DNA from: a virus
Lineage: Duplodnaviria > Caudoviricetes
DNA: 58,279 bases
Virus record (IMG/VR): IMGVR_UViG_3300025889_000139
Location: 1-58,279 of that record
Reading direction: 5' to 3' (one strand)
Numbering within the stretch: the first letter of the stretch is position 1; every line of letters begins with the position of its first letter. This document shows, one piece after another, positions 28,337 through 36,211 of the stretch. A program made the position numbers and the translations under genes. The notes under the pieces are model-generated. The model was given only the letters and a program-made list of their open reading frames with translations, made no database searches and was not told where the DNA came from.

Positions 28337-28714
28337 TTAGCTCTGTGTTTCCACGGATGCGCGATTGTCATCAGTAGTGTGGTCACCACCTTCTACACCC
28401 TCAAGCTCATAACCAATATTTGTTGCATCATCATACTGAATTGTACGATTACGTAGTTTAGTAACCTGAACAACAGTTGAATCATCAAGAACAGCATTGA
28501 CTGTGAATTCACCCGCTACGAGTGAACCTGTTTTGTCAACCAATGTAAGAACTTCAGTTGAAACACCATCGGAAACTGTGAACTCATATGTTGAACGCTG
28601 GTTAACAATCCAAGCGTTTGTTGTTAGTTCACTACCACCTGTGAAAAAGTGTCTTGAAACTTTGATACGACCAGCACCTTGACCAATCTTGTTTTTGTTA
28701 ATCGGACGACCCAT
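28337..28714 (-). CDS. Hypothetical late (probably virion) protein
   Basis: MGRPINK..; AAGGAG RBS, structured leader and GATAAATA promoter. Confidence 0.75.
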   Translation of the reverse strand: MGRPINKNKIGQGAGRIKVSRHFFTGGSELTTNAWIVNQRSTYEFTVSDGVSTEVLTLVDKTGSLVAGEFTVNAVLDDSTVVQVTKLRNRTIQYDDATNIGYELEGVEGGDHTTDDNRASVETQS

Positions 28715-28825
28715 TTTGTTTTCTCCTTATAATATGCCGTTCTAGGGCTACGGGGATGGTGTTCCCCATAAGTCTATCTCATAGGATAGTTCAGTAGTAT
28801 TTATCATAAAAGAGGATTTTATTGT

Positions 28826-29368
28826 TTAGTTTACCAAACTCCACCAAAAGGCATCTTTGTCTGACATAATATCATATGGACCATTTACTTGTTTGCCATT
28901 TAGATACCAAACTTTGGTTCCATCTGCATCTTCAACAGCAGGGCCATCTGTTCTATGAAGTTCGCCATTTAGCCACCAAACTTTGGTTCCGTCTGCATGT
29001 TCAACAGCAGGGCCATCTGTTCTATGTCGTTTGCCATTTAGATACCAAAATTTGCTTCCATCTGCATGTTCATAAGCAGGGCCATCTGTTCTATGTCGTT
29101 CGCCATTTAGATACCAATATTTGGTTCCATTTGCATGTTCAACAGCAGGGCCATCTGTTCTATGTCGTTTGCCATTTAGATACCAAAATTTGCTTCCATC
29201 TGCATGTTCAATAGCAGGGCCATCCGTTCTATGAAGTTCGCCATTTAGCCACCATTCTTTGGTTCCATCTGCATCTTCAACAGCAGGGCCATCCGTTCTA
29301 TGAAGTTCGCCATTTAGCCACCATTCTTTGTTTCCATCTGCATCTATTTCACAAATAGGTTCAGCCAT
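28826..29368 (-). CDS. 23-aa tandem repeat protein (WxLNGxxHRTDGPA, MORN-like beta-hairpin repeats)
   Basis: Six full and one partial 23-aa repeats; early promoter at 29402-29429; start could be 29383. Confidence 0.85.
   Translation of the reverse strand: MAEPICEIDADGNKEWWLNGELHRTDGPAVEDADGTKEWWLNGELHRTDGPAIEHADGSKFWYLNGKRHRTDGPAVEHANGTKYWYLNGERHRTDGPAYEHADGSKFWYLNGKRHRTDGPAVEHADGTKVWWLNGELHRTDGPAVEDADGTKVWYLNGKQVNGPYDIMSDKDAFWWSLVN
28890..29346. repeat. 69-bp coding tandem repeat (~6.5 units)
   Basis: AGCAGGGCCATC recurs every 69 bp. Confidence 0.95.
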
Positions 29369-29401
29369 GACGTAAACTTCCATAAAAGTTATCGTAAGGT
29401 T

Positions 29402-29430
29402 AGTATAGCATATTTTGATAGTTTGTCAAG
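29402..29430 (-). promoter_or_regulatory. Early promoter
   Basis: CTTGACA-N16-(TGC)TATACT; the -35 overlaps the stop codon of the endonuclease gene. Confidence 0.85.
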
Positions 29431-30184
29431 AGGATTCTTTACAGTTATCACCATGCCAGCGTGGATAAACATTTACAGCAACATCCTTGCCACAATGAAC
29501 GCAATGCTTCGTGGGACGCTTTAGACCAGTTTGTGATTTTGCTCTACGGGCTACAACTTCTGGGTCTTGTTTTCTTCCTTTCATAACAGCGGATAGTTTA
29601 GCCTTTTGTTCTTCACTCATAGGAACTCCTTTGTTATGTGCTGGCTTTCCTTTATTGGCTTGACTTATCTTGTCTCTGGTTTCCTGTTTTACTTCTTTTC
29701 CATATCGTGGGTTATTTTTTCCCATCATTATTTTTGACATATTTTCTCGGTATTCAGGTGTTTTACAATAGTCCTTGTTTTGTCCTTTTAGTGCTTCGCT
29801 AATTTTTTGTTTGTGTTCTTCGCTTTTGGGAACACCGGATAATGCTTCGCTTATCTTTTGGAAACTTTCTTCCGTGGCAAAGATTGCCCCAGCAATATTA
29901 CCATTTAGGTATCTTGAATCATGCTGAACCTGATTTTCTACCAAATACTTTTCTTCATACGCAATAGCATCATCCCTATTATCAAAGACTTTATCAATCT
30001 CCACAATAAAACTATCAGCACCATATTCAGCAATAAGTTGATGAACCCTTGATGATGATGTGAAATAATCCACCCAAAGGTCTTTTTCGGGTTCCATATT
30101 TTTTCTATTGACAGAGTAGCGCACTCCGTAGTATAATGTGTTCGTTGGTTTATGAGTTAGTAAATAAGTATATGCTGTATACAT
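29426..30184 (-). CDS. GIY-YIG-like homing endonuclease with NUMOD3 repeats
   Basis: YTYLL..YYGVR, YFTSS, AIAYEEKYL, YLNGN; KSEEHKQKISEA and MSEEQKAKLSA NUMOD3 motifs; CVHC..WHGDNC. Confidence 0.85.
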   Translation of the reverse strand: MYTAYTYLLTHKPTNTLYYGVRYSVNRKNMEPEKDLWVDYFTSSSRVHQLIAEYGADSFIVEIDKVFDNRDDAIAYEEKYLVENQVQHDSRYLNGNIAGAIFATEESFQKISEALSGVPKSEEHKQKISEALKGQNKDYCKTPEYRENMSKIMMGKNNPRYGKEVKQETRDKISQANKGKPAHNKGVPMSEEQKAKLSAVMKGRKQDPEVVARRAKSQTGLKRPTKHCVHCGKDVAVNVYPRWHGDNCKESS

Positions 30185-30202
30185 TCGTTTTCCTTTCGTA
30201 TA

Positions 30203-30249
30203 TAGAGTAGGTAGAGGTTGCCGCCTCGTGACCTACACTTTTATTTATC
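30203..30249 (-). promoter_or_regulatory. Late promoter plus conserved bulged hairpin leader (copy 2)
   Basis: Minus strand GATAAATAAAAGTGTAGGTCACGAGGCGGCAACCTCTACCTACTCTA. Confidence 0.85.
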
Positions 30250-30282
30250 ATTATCGCACTATCAAATATAAAAAGTCAATAT

Positions 30283-30311
30283 AAAAAAAGGGGAGAACCG
30301 AAGTTCTCCCC
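30283..30311 (-). terminator. Rho-independent terminator after the major capsid gene
   Basis: Minus strand GGGGAGAAC-TTCG-GTTCTCCCC-TTTTTTT. Confidence 0.92.
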
Positions 30312-30351
30312 AATCTTTTGACCCATTTGGGTTTGCTTTCGCAACTTTTCC

Positions 30352-31545
30352 TTACTGGAAGGAAATATTACTTACGGCAATTTCTCCAAGATAATCGCCG
30401 GCATTACCAAAACTTGATGCCGTATTTGTCAATTCGACGTATCCATATCTTGTCATGAAGCCAACTACTGGCTCTAGGGTTGCTGGGTCTAGTACGACAC
30501 CACTGCTCATTAGTGGGATATATGGGCAGTAGAATGCAGCCGCATCTGTCTCTGTGTTGCCTTTATAGCCAACTAGGACAGGTGTTGTGTTAGCAGCATA
30601 TGTGTCTACGTAGATTTTCATTGTGCTGTTTAGCGTACCAACGAACTTCTGGTTGGTTGGACCTTCGAAAGTACCTTCAGTTGTACGAGCGAATGCTGAA
30701 GTAGAAGCACTCTGTAGAACTGTTAGCATTTCTGGGGAAACAACTGCCCAGTTACCTAGACCACGGCGTGTGCGCTGACCGATTAGGTTAGCAACACGGT
30801 TGATTAGAACTGCTAGAGCAGCGTGTTCGTCACCAACGTATGTGGCAGTACCTGAAACGGTGTTTTGATCGAAGGTGTATTCGGTAGCGGCTAGGGCGCG
30901 TAGGGAACCGAGGATTTCTTGGTCGATTTCCTGTGTGATTTCCTGTGCTAGTGCTGCCATTACTTCAGCTTCGATATCAATGCCGTGCATTGCGTCTGCG
31001 TCCTGTGCAGCTTCAAAAGTCCAGCGAGCGGATAGCTTACGGGACTTAGCTTCAACAGGTTGCTTGACAATCTGGATGTTCATACGCTGACCTGGGTCAC
31101 CTTCTAGTGTAGCTGTAGAAGCTGCACGAGCGTCATTGTTAGCGTTTGTTGTTGTATCAGCACCAGAATATGCTTCTGCGATACGATATGGTGATAGAGC
31201 TTCATCACCAGCAGTTGCGCCTGTACCACCTGTGGATGTTACGGTATCAGCGTAACGAACACGTAGTGTGTGGATTTGTGCAACTGGACCTTGCATTGGC
31301 TGAACACCAATTAGTTCGTTTGCGATAACAGTTGGCATAACACGACGAATAACTGGTAGAATAACTCTGTTTAGAGTAGCTACGTTACCGTGTGCTGTTG
31401 CACCAGCAGTTGCTGTTTCGCGTAGTAGTGCTTTCTTTGTATTTTCAAGAACAACACTCATTGAGTTGCGCTTGGAACCTTCTAGACCCTCAAGTAGAGC
31501 GCCTTTAGTTTCGTCCCAGCGGCTTTCTAGTAGTGGTTGTGACAT
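30352..31545 (-). CDS. gp23: Major capsid protein
   Basis: IRRVMPTVIANELIGVQPMQGP, VEAKSRKLSARWTFEAAQD, EIDQEI, FYCPYIPL, GFMTRYG. Confidence 0.97.
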   Translation of the reverse strand: MSQPLLESRWDETKGALLEGLEGSKRNSMSVVLENTKKALLRETATAGATAHGNVATLNRVILPVIRRVMPTVIANELIGVQPMQGPVAQIHTLRVRYADTVTSTGGTGATAGDEALSPYRIAEAYSGADTTTNANNDARAASTATLEGDPGQRMNIQIVKQPVEAKSRKLSARWTFEAAQDADAMHGIDIEAEVMAALAQEITQEIDQEILGSLRALAATEYTFDQNTVSGTATYVGDEHAALAVLINRVANLIGQRTRRGLGNWAVVSPEMLTVLQSASTSAFARTTEGTFEGPTNQKFVGTLNSTMKIYVDTYAANTTPVLVGYKGNTETDAAAFYCPYIPLMSSGVVLDPATLEPVVGFMTRYGYVELTNTASSFGNAGDYLGEIAVSNISFQ

Positions 31546-31563
31546 TTGTATTTGTCTCCTATT

Positions 31564-32655
31564 TTATAAACCAGCCAATTTACGGATATCGCTTAGTTCT
31601 ACGACATCTGCTTCTGGCTTTACTTTGTTTTTATCGCCTGTTTTTTCTGAACGGGACTCGGTTACCACTTTCTTTTGGGTTGATGGTTTACGGGTTTCGT
31701 TTAGCAGAGCAGGTAGATATTTGTCGAATGCTGTTTGTAGTTTACCTGTTTCAACAGATTCAAGTAGCTCACGCATAGCATTTGCCTTCTCACGATTTAA
31801 TGGTTGTAGAAGTTCTTGCATAACCTTTGTGCGCTTGATGCTGTCTTTGACACCAGCAAGTTCACGATCCTTACTTTCAACTAGGCGAGCGGCTTTAGAT
31901 ACTTTGTCCTTGGACTCAGCAACTAGAGCTTTCTGATTAGCTAGTTCTTTTTCGAGTTTCTTGATTTCTACATTTGTGTTTAGGTGGGATGCACCAAACT
32001 CAGATGCAAAAGCTTCGAAGATGCGGCGACCAAAGTCGTTCTTTCTTGAAGCATCAATATCTTCTTTGAGTTGAGTAAGTTCTTTTGTAAGGTTTTTAGT
32101 AACTGTGCTTTCCACAAGTTTAGCTGATTTCTTGATGAATGCTTTCTGTAGGTCAGCAATCTTAGTTTTCGCTTCTGTTACAAGTTTAACCTTAGTTTCA
32201 GCTAGGTCTTTCTTGTCAGCTTGGAATTCTTCGATTTCTTCAGCTAGAGCTTGAACCATGAAGTCTTCAAACTTAGCTAGTGCTTCAGCTTGTACTTTAC
32301 GGTCAGAACGAAGTTCTTTGATTTCCTCTGCTAGTTTAGTAACCATGAACTGGTCAAACCTTTGTGCAGATTCTGTCATTTTTTTATTGAACTTCACACG
32401 GTCTTCAGCAAGAGCTTGCTTTTCTTTTACGATCTGCTTTAGCTCGTCCTGTAGACTTTCAGTTACCATATTATCAAGTGCTTCAACCATTACTGTTTTA
32501 TCGTGCTGATATTTTTGAGCGAATTCCTCACGGAGTTCCGCCTTGGATTGCTCTTTGATTTCGCCAATTTTTTCTTCCCAAGCTTCTTGAATAGCCTGAC
32601 GGGTTTCTTCATTGACTAGATCGCTTTCCAATAATGGTTTTAGTGCATCGAACAT
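31564..32655 (-). CDS. gp22: Prohead core scaffolding protein
   Basis: Coiled-coil E/K-rich protein between the protease and capsid genes; many LxE sites. Confidence 0.85.
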   Translation of the reverse strand: MFDALKPLLESDLVNEETRQAIQEAWEEKIGEIKEQSKAELREEFAQKYQHDKTVMVEALDNMVTESLQDELKQIVKEKQALAEDRVKFNKKMTESAQRFDQFMVTKLAEEIKELRSDRKVQAEALAKFEDFMVQALAEEIEEFQADKKDLAETKVKLVTEAKTKIADLQKAFIKKSAKLVESTVTKNLTKELTQLKEDIDASRKNDFGRRIFEAFASEFGASHLNTNVEIKKLEKELANQKALVAESKDKVSKAARLVESKDRELAGVKDSIKRTKVMQELLQPLNREKANAMRELLESVETGKLQTAFDKYLPALLNETRKPSTQKKVVTESRSEKTGDKNKVKPEADVVELSDIRKLAGL

Positions 32656-32674
32656 ATAGTTCTCCTTGTTTATC

Positions 32675-33301
32675 CTAAAGTTTTAGGTCTTTGATAAGAC
32701 GAATAACGCCTTCTCTTAGATATTTCTGAACTTTTTGATCTTCGCCAGCCTCTTTGGCGATGTTCAGAAGTGCTTGCCCACCATTCATATTCAATAAGCC
32801 TTCATAGATGGCTGTTGGATATGCATTTGGGGCTGATGGTTGGGCTACTACGTCCACTGTGACAATTTCGAAATCTGAGACAGTGCCATTGCTTTCATTA
32901 ACATTACCACTACCTCTACTTGATACGCCCAACTTTACGCCAGACTCCAACATGGTTTGCACGAGCTTACCCATTGGAGTTGGAATAATCTTTAATTTAC
33001 CGAAACCGTTTGCACCTTCCATCCACATATTTTCAATAGTGTGAGATACACGGTCAAGGTTTATCTGCAAATCGTCTGGGTGGTCTACTTCACCTAGAAC
33101 TGATTCACCGTTCTTTAATTTCTCTGTAATCTGTTTAACAGCATTATTGATTTCATTCACTGGATATACACGCTTGTTAGCGTTCTGTACATCACCTTGA
33201 ATACAAATGCCTTTCATAAAGAGTTCCTTACCTTCATTGGCACTTTCAACGACGATTTGTGCCTGATTGAAGGTAAGGTGTTCTCTCAAGTAAGAAGCCA
33301 T
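32675..33301 (-). CDS. gp21: Prohead protease
   Basis: NANKRVYP, LGEVDHP, LDRVSH, TPMG, LGVSSRGSG, DVVAQPSAPNA. Confidence 0.95.
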   Translation of the reverse strand: MASYLREHLTFNQAQIVVESANEGKELFMKGICIQGDVQNANKRVYPVNEINNAVKQITEKLKNGESVLGEVDHPDDLQINLDRVSHTIENMWMEGANGFGKLKIIPTPMGKLVQTMLESGVKLGVSSRGSGNVNESNGTVSDFEIVTVDVVAQPSAPNAYPTAIYEGLLNMNGGQALLNIAKEAGEDQKVQKYLREGVIRLIKDLKL

Positions 33302-33331
33302 TTTTACTTTCCTTTAACTCTCTAAGGAGCC

Positions 33332-34108
33332 TTAGTTGTGACTCTTTGGCATTGGGCCTTTGCCCTTGCCTGGGTCTTCGCTCTTGGCTGCTGGAACTTT
33401 GTCGTGTTTACCTAGTTCAGTGTTGATGCCGCCAGCGAAATCACCTGATTTCGGAGTCGCATTGTCGGACATTGAACCCTTGGTTTGCATTGAACCTTTG
33501 CCTGATTTAGCAACTGGTCCGTGGCCTTTACCTGGGTCTTCGCCCTTTGCTGGTGCGACTTTTTCTTTATATTCACGAACAAATGTTTCTTCAACTTCAT
33601 CTTCTTCGTCACCGAAGTCCATGTCGTCGTCTTCTTCATCGTCCATGTCCATTTCTTCGTCGTCACCTTCTTCGTCGTCGAATTCCATACCTAGTTCATC
33701 TTCGTCTTCTTCGTCGCCGTATTCACCGCCGTCTACGATTTCAGAGAATTTTGCTTCTAGGTCATCTAATGCATCTTCTAGATCAACAACACGATCTTCT
33801 AGGTCTTCGTCACCCATCTCATCGTCCATTTCCATTGTCATACCAGCTTCATCAGCTTCGATATCATCAATCATATCGTCGGATGGAAGTTTATTAGAGA
33901 ACTCGTCTTCATCTACGAAAGATTCTCCTAGTTCGTCTTCATCGTCCATGTCCATTTCTTCGTCTTCTGACTCATCTAGGTCTTCTTCATCTAGAATGTT
34001 TTCATAAATTTCACGGGATTTTTCTACGCAGATATCGTGGAGAAGGCTACGGGCCTTGTCCATTTCTTCATTTACTACGTATTCAATTAGTTTTTCAAAC
34101 TTGCTCAT
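33332..34108 (-). CDS. Highly acidic prohead core protein (gp67/gp68-like role)
   Basis: Very D/E-rich; lies between the portal and protease genes. Confidence 0.6.
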   Translation of the reverse strand: MSKFEKLIEYVVNEEMDKARSLLHDICVEKSREIYENILDEEDLDESEDEEMDMDDEDELGESFVDEDEFSNKLPSDDMIDDIEADEAGMTMEMDDEMGDEDLEDRVVDLEDALDDLEAKFSEIVDGGEYGDEEDEDELGMEFDDEEGDDEEMDMDDEEDDDMDFGDEEDEVEETFVREYKEKVAPAKGEDPGKGHGPVAKSGKGSMQTKGSMSDNATPKSGDFAGGINTELGKHDKVPAAKSEDPGKGKGPMPKSHN

Positions 34109-34210
34109 ATTAGTAAAACTCCTTTAAAGTTAATAGGCTTCTATACACTTATTTACCAATAAGTGCTTATATATTTAGCAAATAACTTATTTTTTGCATT
34201 TTTTGGAGTT

Positions 34211-34450
34211 TTATAGTGACATTTCACCGCCTTCTTCCGAAGGTGCTTTGTATTGTTGCTGAATCTGTTTGATTTTTTCCTCATATTCTACTGTCCTCGC
34301 ATCATTCATCATACGAAGTTTGTTAATATGGGCAAGGGTTAATCGTGTTTTACGAGTATCGGATTTATTTGCTCTTGACTCATCTTCTTTCTGGTCAAGG
34401 TGTCCTTCTTGGTCTTCGGGGCGGGTATATAACTCTGCTAAAAACATCAC
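34211..34450 (-). CDS. Small head-module protein
   Basis: MMFLAELY..DTRKTRLTL..INKLR; directly after the portal gene. Confidence 0.65.
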   Translation of the reverse strand: MMFLAELYTRPEDQEGHLDQKEDESRANKSDTRKTRLTLAHINKLRMMNDARTVEYEEKIKQIQQQYKAPSEEGGEMSL

Positions 34451-34471
34451 TGTACCTTTTTCTTTTATTTA

Positions 34472-36169
34472 TCAAATATCAAGGTCTTCACCGCCCTCAA
34501 CAGGAGTTCCGCCTTCGTCTTCTAGACCCATATCATCTCCCATATCAGGCTGTTCGGGATCGGCAAGTTCCATATCACTCTCGAAACCACCAGGACTCAT
34601 ACCAATACCGCGCATACTTTCTCCGCTAATAGGTAATGTATCGTCTTGAGAATTTTCTTCACGCCACATCTCATCATTCTCTTGCATCTCTTCTTCTGTA
34701 AGACCGAGATAGCGTTTCATTAGAAAACGTTTCGCCATATATGGTTCATCTTTCAGTTGTGTAAATGTACTAATACGGTTACTATCCACCTCTACTTGTC
34801 GATAGGCAGCAAAATTTTGTGGTTCATTGAAACGTAAGTCAAACACAGAGTTATCAATCTCAAGACCACGGTAAGAAAGGAAAATTTTGAATTCTTGGTC
34901 AAGTGTTGGAGCAATAAGAGTTTGTAATCCCATGCAGAAGTCGTTATATACCTGTTCTTCCATCAAGGATTGGCCTAATTTCCCATCATTATAAGCAGAG
35001 TTTCCGTCACTTGAGAAGGTTGAGATATATGTTTTCGGTACACGCAATCCGTGTAGTAATAGATTGTTGAAATATAATAGGTCATTAATCTCGCCAAGGT
35101 TAGAACCACCTTCTAATGTTTCCACACTTGAACCACGACCATCAGCAGTTGTTGGGAAGAAATAATCCTCACCAGTTGATAGTGGGTTATATGTAGCATC
35201 CATAGCATTTTGACCACCGTTTACAGACGGTAGACGCTTTTGATGGATTTCGTTCTTTACACGCTCAACAAAAGCCATAGCCATATGGGAAGGCATATTA
35301 CCTACATCAATCTTGAATACACGGCGTTCTGGGGCACGTTGAATACGGTAGATTAGGATTGCGTCTTCAAGAAGTTCTTTCTGCTTGAATACTTTATAGA
35401 TTTTCTCAAGAATGGATGTACCGAAAGGCCAAGATACATCAAGTCCTTCTGTTAGGGTACAATGAACAATGTGTTCAACAGCAATAGCATTCTCGTTGAT
35501 TTGTTGTTCAAAACGAGAACCACCATCCATAGCATACCCACCCTGTGGCTGTAAATAACTTTGATTTACACTTGTTCCGGTAGACGTTACGCCAGTTGAT
35601 GCATCCTGGTGTGTATGCTGGGTCATCGTCATGTTTTCGAAGTTTGGGTTGATGTTTCTAAGAACGTATTGCTCTGGTTTCTTACCATCACCTTCGTTCA
35701 CGATAACTTTAACAACATCTTCCATCGTAACCCAGTATAACTCCATTGTCTCTGGATCACGGATAAATACTTGGTCACCGTACTTGATGGTGTTTCTGAA
35801 AATCTTGAAGATACGTTTTTCAAAATCGTTAATTTTCCACCATTGGATAAGTGCTTCACGGAGCATCTTGATTTCATTATCAGTTGCTTTTTCGTTGAAA
35901 TAAATGTCGAAAGAAGTACCGTTCTCTACGTTTTTCTGTGTGCAAGAACGAGCAATAATGTCTAGGGCAGCATTGACTACAGCATCAGCATCCATATTCT
36001 CATATTGAGCATATCGTTCAATACGGTTAGGGTGACCAGTATATACATCTGGTAGATTGTTTGCCCAGTTTCCATACCCAAAGGAGTCTGTATTACTATG
36101 ACCAGCGTTCGCATGGGTCAATGGGCTGGATGTAGAACTGTGTAGTTTAAAGTGTTTGCGCCAAGACAT
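34472..36169 (-). CDS. gp20: Portal protein
   Basis: LLEDAILIYRIQRAPERRVFKIDVGNMP, EDYFFP..GRGSSVETLEGGSNLGEINDL. Confidence 0.97.
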   Translation of the reverse strand: MSWRKHFKLHSSTSSPLTHANAGHSNTDSFGYGNWANNLPDVYTGHPNRIERYAQYENMDADAVVNAALDIIARSCTQKNVENGTSFDIYFNEKATDNEIKMLREALIQWWKINDFEKRIFKIFRNTIKYGDQVFIRDPETMELYWVTMEDVVKVIVNEGDGKKPEQYVLRNINPNFENMTMTQHTHQDASTGVTSTGTSVNQSYLQPQGGYAMDGGSRFEQQINENAIAVEHIVHCTLTEGLDVSWPFGTSILEKIYKVFKQKELLEDAILIYRIQRAPERRVFKIDVGNMPSHMAMAFVERVKNEIHQKRLPSVNGGQNAMDATYNPLSTGEDYFFPTTADGRGSSVETLEGGSNLGEINDLLYFNNLLLHGLRVPKTYISTFSSDGNSAYNDGKLGQSLMEEQVYNDFCMGLQTLIAPTLDQEFKIFLSYRGLEIDNSVFDLRFNEPQNFAAYRQVEVDSNRISTFTQLKDEPYMAKRFLMKRYLGLTEEEMQENDEMWREENSQDDTLPISGESMRGIGMSPGGFESDMELADPEQPDMGDDMGLEDEGGTPVEGGEDLDI

Positions 36170-36211
36170 TCGTATTCCTTTTATATAGGGTATTTATTAG
36201 AAAAATATTCA

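Noticed and set aside
28890-29346. 69-bp repeats as a CRISPR array or DGR template/variable repeat
   Set aside because: The repeats are contiguous, in frame and have no unique spacers; no cas or reverse transcriptase gene is in the window
33360-34007. Ser-rich plus-strand ORF and many similar antisense ORFs (e.g. 226-481, 7355-8329, 13198-13818, 36240-36791)
   Set aside because: They are shadows of real genes on the opposite strand (GAA/GAT codons read as Ser/Phe/Ile) and lack RBSs
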